From NCBI RefSeq assembly GCF_006345805.1, contig NC_042998.1:126914001-126978000 (forward strand): DNA of 64,000 nucleotides, written 5' to 3'. Shown here in pieces: positions 51,290 through 63,816 of the stretch. Within the stretch, counting starts at the first letter, position 1, and the number at the start of each line of letters is the position of its first letter. The notes beneath the pieces were generated by a model. The model ran no database searches. It was not told the origin of the DNA and was given only the letters and a program-made list of their open reading frames with translations. The DNA comes from Octopus sinensis (Eukaryota). A program made the translations under genes and the position numbers.

Positions 51290-52500
51290 ACTGTGATATA
51301 GGACTGATATTTGGAAGAGGGTCTGCAGATACCTAAGAAGGTATCGATTGATCAGCTTTTATCTATAACTCTTTGTTCGGTTGAAGGTAAGGAGTTGTAT
51401 AGAATCTTGGCAACAACAATAACAAGGTCCCTTGTAAAGAATGAACTCATAAACACCTTACCTTCTAAAGCTTTCTTGATTACTAAGTGGCCTTGAGCAT
51501 GCTCAGTTGATTTGGGTCCCTTTTCAATATGCCCAAAATAGCTTCCCTGATTCGACTGGGCAAATGTTTATACATAAGTTTTCCAAGCACTGAAATATTA
51601 AGTATTAGCTCTTAAGGGAATTCAGGGAGGTGTGAGGGATCTTATGACTCGGCGCTTTCGTTCAGTAGTAATGTAGTTTCCAAGAAGGTCTTTACGGTTA
51701 ATGGGTAGTCACTGGAAACAGGCATCATGATAGAGTGCACTATTTCCTACTCTTTTCGCAATGGTTATGGAGTTGATATTAGAATGTACAAAAATCTGTT
51801 TGGAAAGAGAGAAGATCCGAGAACATTTTAGTTTTGACACCACCACCTGTCTTTATGGATGACATTACTGCCATAGTGGAGTCAAGAAAAGAGGTAAACA
51901 TTTTTTTCCGGCGAGGTTGGAGGTGTTGTTCCGCTATGTCGTCCTCACACAAAACTAAAAGTTAATCGCTAGATCGGAGACCAAAGAAACATTTCTAACG
52001 ATTAGAGAGTAGGCAATTAAGATCATTGGCAGATTAGTGCAGTAACTTTAAATGATATCAAAAGGGTACTAAGATTGAGAACGTGTTAAAACAGGAACTA
52101 ACGGGCATCGACGTCTTTGGATTGGGAGAGACATTTAAGTTGTGATGTTACCAACCATGGTCTTTTGCCGAGACACATGGTCTTTCAAAATGTATGGCAA
52201 ACTTTACAAAAGGTGAAGTGTATAGTTCAATAATACTCCAGATGTCCATAAAAGTAGCTGGTAACGGCTTCAAAGTAGTAAAAATACGCTGTTACATGGA
52301 CCCCCTCGTTCTTTGAGCCTAAATAAGTGTAATGATAAGAAGGGAATAAGGTGTCAAAAAGGCTGCAGAGTTGGCAGAGCCCAACCTAAAAATGAAAGAG
52401 AGGACAGGCACAGTGCAGACCATGTGCACTGGACAAAGATTTGCGCACAAAGCATATATTGAAATGGAATAAAAAAGGGAGGCGGGATACGAATATTGAA
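51290..52500 (-). mobile_element. Possible degenerate CR1/L2-group LINE 3' region
   Basis: SSFFTRDL..AKILYNSLP..SIDTFL resembles SF..R...L[WF]NSLP; otherwise heavily decayed. Confidence 0.35.
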
Positions 52501-52919
52501 GAGACAAAGACAGTAGGATTATGAACTAACAAGAGTGGGTTGTATGGGTGATAATTGAAGAAAGGAAATTTATCGGGGAATACGCTAAATATTCGAATTT
52601 CTGTCTACAACCGTACCGGGATTGAACATAATGCTTCGATGATAAATTCTATGACTTTTTGCTCTTGGGCATTTTCTCTTTCTTGATATATCAACTTTTA
52701 ATTCAGCCTATATTTAAATCTCTTCTACTTCTCTGCATTCTTTTAGTTTGAAGCGAATATAACGTCCATTATGAGGCATTGTCTTTTTCAAAGTCATGTA
52801 TAATGATATTCAGCCTGCGGTAATCTTTTATTTTGACTGGATTTGGAAGTCAATTACGACTTCTTGGTTTCACCAAACTCATTTAGAATCATTATTAAAA
52901 TCTAAGAGGATGGAGACAT

Positions 52920-53400
52920 TTTTACCTTCAACCAATGGCTAAGGTTGGTATTCATATTAGTTACGAGGAGTGTCGATTGTGTATTGCTTACGTATTTTAC
53001 AATAAAATACTACCCTATCGTGGCGATTATTCATATTCGTTTGGTGTTAGCACAGGAGAACCCGAGACGAGTTGGTCTATTGTTTCATGAAATGTATTGC
53101 AGAACCTGCATTTTGGGTCAGCACTTTTTAAGAACATTAGCCTCATTATTTATGGTAAACAAGCTGGTATGAAGCCTTCATTCTCTACTTTGAACCCTGA
53201 ACTCCTCAGCCATTGATGGGTTGTTGCTTCATCTACATCGGCATTTTGACCCCGAAGAATATTGTCCATGCTGCAGCTTCTGGGTTCACGCTCGTCAATT
53301 TGTTTCTACCTGTTTCTTTTAGTAGTCTACTAGATTCGTTTGATTTGCTTTCTTGTTGGCAGTGGTTTTAGAATTAACGTCTGTTGCTTTCACACTCGCA
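52920..53400 (-). mobile_element. R4/Dong CCHC-region fragment, same lineage as 6015-6790
   Basis: HGQY..ADVDEATTHQWLRSSGFKVENEGFI..DPKCRFCNTFHETIDQLVSG.PVLTPNEY..HDRV. Confidence 0.8.
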
Positions 53401-53794
53401 CAGAAACCACACCATCCAGTCCTCTGTGTAGATTGCCTTATGTCCTATGGGAGTTGATAAAATAAGTACCAGTAACGTACTAGTGCCGATGCAATCGGAT
53501 AAATCTGTCCACCTAAAACTGCGAACCTTGTGTAAAAATTTGAAACAATCATTATTTAGAGAATAATTTTCATATTTTTACTACATGTTGATATTGCACA
53601 AGCGCAGGTGTTTTGTACATTTGTTAGATATACATTATTATAAAAATTTATTTTATTGTATTGAACATAAACACGGCTATGTAAGTGTGCAGTGTATGCG
53701 TGATTGTCATATTTCCTGTTTGCTATTTCTGTTATTGCCTGAAACGGTTTTATCGTTTCCAAGGAACCTAGTGTGATATTCTTTTATCTTTTTC

Positions 53795-54155
53795 TTTTAT
53801 TTGTTTCAGTCATTTGACTGCGGCCATGCTAGAGCACCACCTTTAGCCGAACAAATCGACCCCAGAACTTATTCTCTGTAAGCCTAGTACTTATTCTATC
53901 AGTTCTTTTGCCGAACCGCTAAGTTGCGGGGACGTTAACACACTAACATCGGTCGTTAAGCGATGTTGGGGTGACAAACACAGACACACACATATACACG
54001 CGCATACACACACATATATATACGACAGGCTTCTTTCAGTTTCCGTTTGCCAAATCCACTCACAAGACTTTGGTCGGCCCGAAGCTATAGTAAAATACAC
54101 TTGGCCGAGTTGCCATGCAGTGGGGCTGAACCCGGAACCATGTAGTTGGTAAGCT
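53795..54155 (-). mobile_element. SINE family B
   Basis: Head gaacccggaaccatgtagttggtaagc and full tail. Confidence 0.85.
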
Positions 54156-54265
54156 TTCTATTTTCATTTCACAAACCCTGATAATTTTTGCTTAGTAATT
54201 TTCATAATTGGAGAACATCTTCATTTCCTTTACACATACACACACACGCACACACACACTCACGC

Positions 54266-54319
<54 letters not shown>

Positions 54320-54630
54320 ATATATACTGATATGAAAAAGTAAGATCCAAGGATCCAGGTGTAGGAAGCTAGTAAGCTTCGACCGGTCTGTAAAAGGTAT
54401 AAAAAACAACTTTCACGAACAAAAGTGGTTTATTAAAGTAGAAGGCTGTTAATTTTACCCACATCGAAGATCGATAAAGTGAGAGAAGTTATTTCATAGT
54501 TCACTGATAAGAACTAGCGTTGCTATGAATGCGAATAAAAAAATACTCGTTGAGTAACTACTACGTCCGACATTCTGCTTGCTAAGAAACATATGTAACC
54601 TGGATTTTACCTGGTCCCTTCCCTAAATTT

Positions 54631-54694
<64 letters not shown>

Positions 54695-54739
54695 ATATAT
54701 ATACATACACACACACACATATATACATATGTGTGTGTG

Positions 54740-54838
54740 TGTGAAGTATATTTGCCATCTAAATATGGCTAACCACTAAGGGTGGATGTTACTGTAGCTT
54801 AGTGGTTAGCCATATTTAGATGGCAAATATACTTCACA
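54740..54838. repeat. Perfect 41-bp-arm inverted repeat, 17-nt spacer
   Basis: 54740-54780 is the exact reverse complement of 54798-54838. Confidence 0.95.
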
Positions 54839-55139
54839 TTGTCGTGCAGTTACTGTTTATTCTTCGTTCAGAGATTTATTATATATATATATATAATTAA
54901 TTAAGGGTAGAAATTGATATTTATCATTTAAAACCAGTGGTCTAGCATATTAAAAAAAGAATCCGAAGATTAAAATATTTATATATACCAATTAAGGACT
55001 GAACACGAAAAGTGGACAGTCAACATGCTAGATATAGACGTCAAATCGCCATTCTCCACAAAACATTATGTTCTCAAATCTTACTCAGCACAAAACCGAA
55101 GCAATAAACAAGTGAAAATATACAAATTAAAATAATTAC

Positions 55140-55203
55140 CCGTGTACTGATCAGTTTCGGCTATTATTTTCCGCAAGGATAACTGTAGCCTTCATCAGCA
55201 TGG
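55140..55203 (-). ncRNA. Minimal type I hammerhead, one stem I mismatch
   Basis: CCATG-CTGATGA-A-GGCTA-loop-TAGCC-GAAAC-TGATCA-GTA-CACGG. Confidence 0.75.
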
Positions 55204-55507
55204 CCTGTTATAAATGCAATTTGCTGGACTAGATGCAAAAACGATACCGGAGTATCGCGTGCATGGAGTCCAACCTATTACATTCGAATATATCTTTATA
55301 TAAATATATTTTATATAAATCAATATGTTCTCTAACCGATAAATTGACTGCTGCTAATTATTAGCTGCAGGCTAGTTCTTTCGGGTCTCAACGCGCCAAA
55401 GTAAAGGCATTTGAAAGATATATTCGAATGTAATAGGTTGGACTCCATGCACGCGATAGTCCGGTATCATTTTTGCATCTAGTCCAGCAAATTGCATTTA
55501 TAACAGG

Positions 55508-55571
55508 CCATGCTGATGAAGGCTACAGTTATCCTTGCGGAAAATAATAGCCGAAACTGATCAGTACATGG
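55508..55571 (+). ncRNA. Intact minimal type I hammerhead ribozyme
   Basis: Stem I CCATG(55508-12)/CATGG(55567-71); CTGATGA 55513-19; stem II GGCTA/TAGCC; GAAAC 55553-57; stem III is the perfect palindrome ACTGATCAGT; GUA triplet, predicted cut after 55566. Confidence 0.9.
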
Positions 55572-55725
55572 GTAATTATTTTATTTCGTATATTTTCACT
55601 TGTTTATTGCTTCGGTTTTGTGCTGAGTAAGATTTGAGAACATAATGTTTTGTGGAGAATGGCGATTTGACGTCTATATCTAGCATGTTGACTGTCCACT
55701 TTTCGTGTTCAGTCCTTAATTGGTA

Positions 55726-55788
<63 letters not shown>

Positions 55789-55791
<3 letters not shown>

Positions 55792-56006
55792 GAAGTGGTG
55801 CTGAAAAGTTCCTAGTTTTGGTTAAGAAATATAAAGGAGGATCAGTTAATTATGACTTTATTCAAGGTATTCCCTTTCTCAGATTCACACAATTATTGTA
55901 GCAGTCCTTCTGTTTTTCTAAGCCTTGTAAAAGAACTCGGAAGGTTTGACCTCCAGCCAGGCCTTTTGCAATACCTTTAAAGCTAGAAACTTTTCAGCAC
56001 CCCTCG
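55789..56006. mobile_element. Mariner-derived MITE, second copy of 25875-26091
   Basis: Collinear with the 25.9-kb copy; TIR gtgctgaaaagtt; inserted at (TA)n. Confidence 0.8.
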
Positions 56007-56670
56007 CATATATATGCCAGTCAAATAGCATATCCTACATCATTGAGGAGACGTTTAGCTTAGTTTTCTTAATTGAGCTTGCCGATAATTTCTTGTCAGT
56101 TTACTGTAAACCTGCCGTATGAAGTTGTAAATATCGGACAGCGGTTACTTTATCGTTTACTGAAACCTGTCTGTGGGTATGTGTATTTCATTTCTTTTCT
56201 GTTTGTACTTAATACTGTCATATACAGGATATGGGACCTCTAACTTTGTGATATATGGATAGATACCAGACGTCCAGAAACAATGATATTACATTGCTCC
56301 TTCAAAGCTTTCAAATATACTGAGTTACTTCCAGCCTTCTGCTCCCTTTATTTATTTATCTATTTATTTATTCATTTATTTATTTATTTGTTTGTTTGTT
56401 TGTTCGTTTTTTTTATTATTAATTTATTTGGAATCTTCTGGCAGCTTTAAGTGGCTTTGCTGGGATTTGTCTTTACAGACACACACCTCACTTTTGTCAG
56501 GTATGGTTAAGTTAAGAACATTTCTGAGCGAAACATATTATAACCAAAGTTTTCGATTTGAATTTTTATTGTTTTAATAGTGTCCGTTGTTGTTCCTCCA
56601 TCTTTCTGACATCTATTCTGTGTGACATCTCGGTCTTTGTATATTTTGTTTGCTGTCCTCGTTGAAGACA

Positions 56671-56830
<160 letters not shown>

Positions 56831-58461
56831 ATGTTATTGTTATGTGTAGACATTTCTCTTTATTCTTTACTAGAAATTTTTGTACTTTTATAGTAGATAT
56901 ACTTTTGAACAATGTTCTAGTTGCCGAACACTCGTTAATATAATCGCGTTAACACAATCTTTCTGCATAAGCTTTTGTGTAGTGTGTTCCTAAATGCAGA
57001 CTTTATATTTTTTGTTTTCCTGTCTAGTCATGGTAATTCGCTTAGTTGCCAATTTTAACAATATTATAAGTATAACATACGACTGTAACTGTAATATTCC
57101 TTGCTACGAGTTTCTTTCATTTATTTACGTTGTTTTGTTCATTAATTCCTCGGTATTTGTTAGTCTGCGTTCCATCCAATTCCGATTCTTTATCTGACAT
57201 ATGAATAGTATTTATGAGTTTTCTTCTCTTTTCTTCAAATTTTTCTCTCTTTTTCAAATTCTTCTCTTTTCTTCAAATCGGCACATTTTTTTCTACTGAA
57301 AATTATATATCAATTCCTCCGCAGAATTTGTGGCCGCTATGTAACATTTTTCCTGTCATATGATTTCAACAGCCTACACATTAAGGCAATCCATATAAAA
57401 AGATAATTGATTGTCCTCCCTTACATATTTGTCCGCCCCCAGTCTGGATTGGCATCTGGGTTTAAAGGCGTTCACTCCAAGAAGAAAAGGAAACAGAGTG
57501 ATGAAACCCATTGGAATATGTTGCTTCTTATAGATTTGGTATCTGTTTCATTAATGTTTCATTAATTTCTTCTTGTATTTGTATTTATAGGAATATTAGC
57601 TAGTTATCCACAATATAATAAATATTGACGAGGAACACTTAAATATATTCTAGAAGTCAAATAGTTCTGCACTCAGGTCCTTCTTTCTAATTCCTATTGT
57701 CTTCAGCGGCACACTAATACTCAATAATTGATCTTAGCGATTAAATTAGCCTTTGCAACATTTCCTTTAATCTTCTGGAAGTGAGTTGTTTGTAATCATA
57801 TAGCAGCAGAAGTCGTAGTAACTATACAAGCAGTGATACAATAGTAGTAACAATGACAGCTGAAGGAAAACGTTAGTAGGTGATCGAGAATTACGTAATA
57901 CGCAATAAGGCTTGTAAATACATTAATTCTAAATAAGAATGAATTTTAAACTTTCTAGCTTTTTTCTAAAAGATATTTTCTTGAAGCATTTTCAGTTTAA
58001 AATATCTCACTAAGCTCTAAACAACGAAGAAACACGATTTTGAAACAGTCGGCAATTTTAGTTTACAATTTCGGTAAAAATGGCTATTAGAGAACTGCGG
58101 TCTTTTTCCCAACTAAAAACGTTAACAGTGATGCAATCATTTCTACAACAAACATCTTCACATGTCAAATAAAATAACCACTCACATACAATGCCCATTC
58201 CAATATATCCATTGCCACCATTATTATCTATGAACACCACTATAGTAACTGATTACAACAAACACCACAATCCTTACCAGGATTAGTACTGTGATTAAAA
58301 TTATACCTGAAAATATCCATTACACACACACACACACACATAAACAAACAAACGCACATGTACACGCATACACATGTATATATATATATATTTATATATA
58401 TATTTTATTAAATTAGAGATAAAACCACTATTAGGCAAATCAAACAGTGAAAAATCATAAA

Positions 58462-58498
<37 letters not shown>

Positions 58499-59399
58499 GT
58501 GCATGAATGTGTGTGTATAGTGTATGTATAGTGGAGTCTAATGGTTAGCGCTGAGTTTGAGTTCCTGGTTCCGATTACTGAAAAGGGCGATGTGTAGTGT
58601 CCTTGGACAAGACTCTTCATCTAACGTTGCTTCCGTCTGATCATTTGAAAAAAGTAACAGCTGATTATCTATTGAATGGTACTCGAGGCTAAAACTGCAA
58701 AAGGTGTCAATCTCCTCATCACTATATAAGCATTTAAACGACTTAAACGATTACGGAAAGCATGGTAATGCTATGAAACCAAGCTCGCTTCCAAGAAACG
58801 ACCGATTATATATATATATAATCAGTTACTTGTTCATAAGGCAGAAAAAGATCACACTCAATATAAGAAATAGAACGGGTGCATTTATATATTGTCAAGT
58901 GGTTATGTAATAACACTGGTCAGAATTTTACCGAATATTACCACAAGACAACATTTACGACACTTCAGGCACGCTGGCCAGAAAGGCACATCATCGTTAT
59001 TCCCCATTGGCTGGTGTTAGCTATGGTTGAAATAAGTCCTCTTTTTCAAAGAAGAACATGAACACGCTGACAAACGGAATTTGCGATCTCGAGGGCAATA
59101 TTCTAAAATTTCGCTTTTTGTGTTCAGTAAGCGCCCGGATAGTGTGGATATTTTAGAATGATTCTTTCTTCGCCAAACAGAGTCTGCATCACCTACTTTC
59201 ATAAAGATATGACCCAGAACGTTCCAGCAAATTTTAGGTGATGTCGTATAGCAGTATGTTCTTTTTTATTGTCACATATAGCTGTTTAATACTTTGACAT
59301 TATACCATTCTTGAATCGTAAATGCGTATCTGTGACTATTCAGTCTGGCCTTAAAGGAGACACTCTGTTGTCTCGACCTAATTATTTGTAAGTAGGTGA

Positions 59400-59600
59400 T
59401 GGTCAATGTAGTTGATGTTCGACGCTACTGCTTTTTCACAAACTAGGGCTTTTGTGCTACATCAACCACAGTGTTACTCATTTACAGCTGACTGAGACGG
59501 ATGAACGTGCAACGAAGTGTTTGCTGAAGCATACAACGTACTGCCCATCTGGCGAATGCAAACAATGATGTCACGAATCAACCATTACGCCACTCGCTTT
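59400..59600 (-). mobile_element. Degenerate SINE (family D-like)
   Basis: tactcatttacagctgactgagac..aacgtgcaacgaagtgtttgctgaagcatacaacg. Confidence 0.45.
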
Positions 59601-59614
59601 CACATTCTTTAATT

Positions 59615-59845
59615 CTTTTACCCTTTCGCTTGTTTCAGTCACTTGACTGCGGCCATGCTGGAGCACCACCCTCACTCGAGCAAATCGACCCCCAGGATCC
59701 ATTCCTTGTAAGCCCAGTACTTATTCTATCGGTCACGTTTGCCGAACAGCTAAGTTACGGGGACGTAAACGCAGACAAACAAGCATACACACACACACGC
59801 ATACACACACACAAACACACACACACCACACACACACACACACAC

Positions 59846-59876
<31 letters not shown>

Positions 59877-60045
59877 CACATATATATACGACGGGTTTCT
59901 TTTAGGCTCTGTCTACGAAATCGACTCACAAAGCTTTGGTCGGCCCGAGTCTATAGTAGAAGACACTTGTCCAAGGTGCCACGCAGTGAGACTGAACCCA
60001 GAACCACGTAGTTGGTAAGTAAGCTACTTACCACACACCCACTCC
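59615..60045 (-). mobile_element. SINE family B with expanded internal (CA)n
   Basis: Head and tail match family B. Confidence 0.85.
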
Positions 60046-60659
60046 TGCACCTTTAAAGTGTGTGAGAAAGTGCCAGTGGTATCAGGGCTGGAAGAATTCT
60101 ACAATAGTCCACTTTAATGAAGTAACTACATGGCTAAGCCCACACTTGTATGCATAATAGTAAAATATTCTGAAACCATTATAAAATTGTTCCCATAAAG
60201 TATTTCATAGGAAATTCATAATAAATTGACTTTATGTCACAGCTTATGTACACACACAGCTAAAAGGAAAAACATAATAAAAATGTTTTGCATACATATA
60301 ATTTGAGCGACATATTTTCACTTCAAAATATCTAACTCAAAATTGAAGATTAGCTCTATATTTGGTGACGTCCGAAAAAAAAAATGAATTTCACTGTTTA
60401 CTGATATATATATTCATATCAAATCCTTGGTGAGTAATGCTTAAGTATTAATGTTGTTTTTTCGATATTTATTTTCGATTTAGTGACTATTTAAATTTCA
60501 TTGTATAATTGCAAAGGAAATAGAAAACATCAATCACCATATTAAAAACAAAAACATGAATAAATAAATAAATAAATGAAAAAGAAAAATAAGTTTTCTT
60601 GTATTTTGTATTTTCAATATTCTCTCGTATTGACAATAGGTGGCATCATTAAACCTAAA

Positions 60660-60755
60660 CCAAACTTCACACACACACACACACACATATATGTTTATAT
60701 ATATATGTATATATATGCATATATATGTATATGTGTATATATATATATATATATG

Positions 60756-60793
<38 letters not shown>

Positions 60794-60859
60794 CGTATAT
60801 ATTTACATGTATATACATATATATATATATACATATATATATATATTATATATATGTAT

Positions 60860-60909
<50 letters not shown>

Positions 60910-61060
60910 ATGTACACATATATACATATATAAATACACATACACACACATATATATACATATGCATACCCCCGCATATATATACATATACATACACACT
61001 CACACATACACACACACACACGCACACACACACGCGCACACACACACATATATAATATAC
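60660..61060. repeat. Long imperfect (TA)n/(CA)n low-complexity tract
   Basis: Directly visible. Confidence 0.95.
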
Positions 61061-61207
61061 AAGCACATAGATGCATACAACATCTTGTAGGTAGAGTTAT
61101 GTTAATATGGAATGGATAATATCGAAGCACAGATATATAACAGTGAGAAAGCAATAAAAATGGGGACAGAGGGACAGAGAAGGAAAGAAAAATAGAGGGA
61201 GAAAGCA

Positions 61208-61238
<31 letters not shown>

Positions 61239-61923
61239 AAGAGAGAGAGAGAGGGAGAGAGAGAGGGAAACCTCAGGAGAGAGAGATAGGAGTAAACATA
61301 CACATGCACAAAATGCAGACGCACACGCATCTATACATATGTGAAGCCAAATGCACTCACATACATACGCACACACATGCATGCCAACACACATACATAA
61401 ACATACTGTATGCATACTTTCACTTTCTGTCACCTTGAGCTATCCTCTCGCCTTTCATTTTCGCACGTATTCACAAAACAAACTTCATACGCACAATAAA
61501 CAAGCCTATACCTATGCATTCACCCACCCACGCACCAACATATCCATAGAGACCAGCATAGACTCACACATACACGCACACACACACATACACATACATT
61601 TCTCCTTCATATATGCATTCATACAGTGAATAATGACTGTAACCAAATTAGTTTTTGCGAATTTTCATTACCATAAAATTTACATGTATCACGTCAAATA
61701 ATGTCTGCTAATCTTCCTATTTCTATCCCACAAACGATTCAACGAGGAAAGCACACACACAGACACACAAACACACACTCACACACACAAGCATATATTC
61801 ATATATATATGCATATTTATTTATGTGTATATAAGCACACATACATATATATATGTGTTCGTACATATACGTATATATGTATATACATACACTCACACAC
61901 ATATATGTATGTATATTTATATA

Positions 61924-62085
61924 GGCGTAGGAGTGGCTGTGTGGTAAGTAGCTTGCTTATCAACCACATGGTTCCGGGTTCAGTCCCACTGCATGGAACC
62001 TTGGGCAAGTGTTCTCTACTATAGCTTCGGGCCAACCAAAGCCTTGTGAGTGGATTTGGTAGACGGAAACTGAAAGAAGCCTGTC

Positions 62086-62130
<45 letters not shown>

Positions 62131-62342
62131 ATATATATATGTATATGTGAGTGTATGTATTTGTCCTCCCAACATCGCTTGACAACCGATGCTGGTGTGT
62201 TTACTTAGAGGTTCGACAAAAGAACTGATTGGGTAAGTACTAGGCTTACAAGGAATAAGTCCTGCTGTCGAGTTTCTCGACTAAAGGCGGTGCTCCAGCA
62301 TGGCCACAGTCAAATAACCGAAACAATTAAAAGAGTAAAAGA
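61924..62342 (+). mobile_element. SINE family B, full length
   Basis: ggcgtaggagtggctgtgtggtaagtagc..ccgggttcagtccc head, internal (TA)n, tail ..aaagagtaaaagaa. Confidence 0.9.
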
Positions 62343-62729
62343 ATATATATACCAACGAGACATACCTCTCACTCATGGTTATGTAGGTTCAGTTTTATTG
62401 TTTGGCGTGTTGTTATGCTGACAGTTTTTATTTGGCCCTTACCAATAAATCAATGTACTAGTTTTCTTATATATTGTCGCATGCTGGTTCTGCCTCTGAG
62501 TTTTACATTAAAGCTGCAAGTGTCTATGGACCTCTCAGCTACGTAGTTGATTCCTATTTTATTAGGATCTAGCCCCATAGCCATTCGATGTTTAAAACAT
62601 TATAATGCATTTTGATAATTAAATAGTTTTAGGAATTGTATAAAAATAAATTGTGGACATATATTGTGTATTGTAAAAGTATAGCTAATCTATTGCAGAT
62701 AGATTTAAACAAAATCTTATAGGGAGTCC

Positions 62730-62752
62730 GGTTGAAAACCACTGGTCTAGAA
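62730..62752. mobile_element. Isolated hAT-type terminal repeat with target-like GTCTAGAA
   Basis: ggttgaaaaccactg followed by gtctagaa; partner end not found. Confidence 0.35.
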
Positions 62753-62935
62753 CGATATAGAATCTATTTGCAGTACGATTACACTCAATTGTATACGATT
62801 CCACTTAATTGTAAGTTTTATACGATTAACCTAACACGCATAATAAGCAGGGAGTTATGAAATTTAGCTCATTATTTAAAGTAAGGCATTGCGTTGATGC
62901 TACATATCTAAAAATTATATAAAGCATGAATGATA

Positions 62936-63816
62936 TAAGGTCTGATCAATAAATATCCGGACTGTTGCCATAGTGAGGCAGCTAAAGCACGTAGAGTGAA
63001 GCTACTTGGCACATATTGACCTTGAAATTTGCTATGCATGCGAACTAAGTTTAAACGTTCTAGATCACTTCCGTTGTGTACAGCAGTGCTTGGGAGGAAG
63101 GTCTATAGCGTGTGATCGTCGCATTGGCCCTCACAGTGAAAAACATCATGGCCAAACCTGCTCAGAGGCCTACGCAAAGTTGCAGAAAGTGTATGAATCG
63201 CACACAAGTGTACAATTGGTTCAGACATTTCCAAGATAGCCGAAAAAATGTTGATATTGACGAACGTTCTGGGAGACCCGCATTCAGCAGACTGAGAAAA
63301 ACCTCGCAGATATATGTGCAGGTGTGAGGTGAAAGCGTCGAATCCCCATCTGTGAATTATCAGAGGATGCGCAAATTAGTTACAGTTCAATTCAGTCCAT
63401 TATCACTGAAGATTTGGGTATGAGCCGCATGTCTAACAAGTTTGTGCCAAAAGTGCTTTCATCTGACCAAAAAGGCACTCGGGTTTCAGTCGGACAAAAT
63501 CTCACTGATTGTGTCAAGAAAAATGTAAATGTTTTGAAAACTTTGCGTAGGCTTCTGAGCAGGTATCGCCAAACTTTTGAAAAAATTTGATGCAGATTAC
63601 CTGCACAAATTTCTCTATCATGGTCAATACGATGATCACACGCTACACATCTTCCTTCCAAGCACTGCCATAAACAGCAGAAATGAGCTAGAACGTTAAA
63701 ACGTAGTGCACATGCACAGTAGAGTTCAAGGTCAAGATGTGCTAAGCATCTTTACTCTACGTACTTTAGCTTCGTTACTATGACAACAGTCCGGATTCTT
63801 TTGATCACACCACTTA
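62936..63816 (+). mobile_element. Rearranged mariner made of two 5' ends in inverted orientation
   Basis: Left part: TIR, 5' UTR, GQTCSEAYAKLQKV..QVYNWFRHF..DERSGRP..FVPKVL. Right part (63530-63816, minus): TIR, 5' UTR, MIEKFVQVICIKFFQKFGDTCSEAYAK. No catalytic domain. Confidence 0.85.

Larger units (their letters stand above)
54893..55730. mobile_element. Head-to-head inverted pair of a hammerhead-bearing non-coding element (Penelope pLTR-like)
   Basis: Arms 54981-55297 and 55414-55730 (317 bp each, about 5 mismatches by eye), 116-bp spacer; the left copy runs on to 54893; both outer ends run into (TA)n. Confidence 0.8.

Noticed and set aside
58955-59250. Possible MITE with TACGAC ends
   Set aside because: Terminal match too short to distinguish from chance.
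60086-60100. ctggaagaattc similarity to the miR-263/183 family; tattgcac seed match near 19763
   Set aside because: Only 8-12 nt match, and no hairpin precursor seen.
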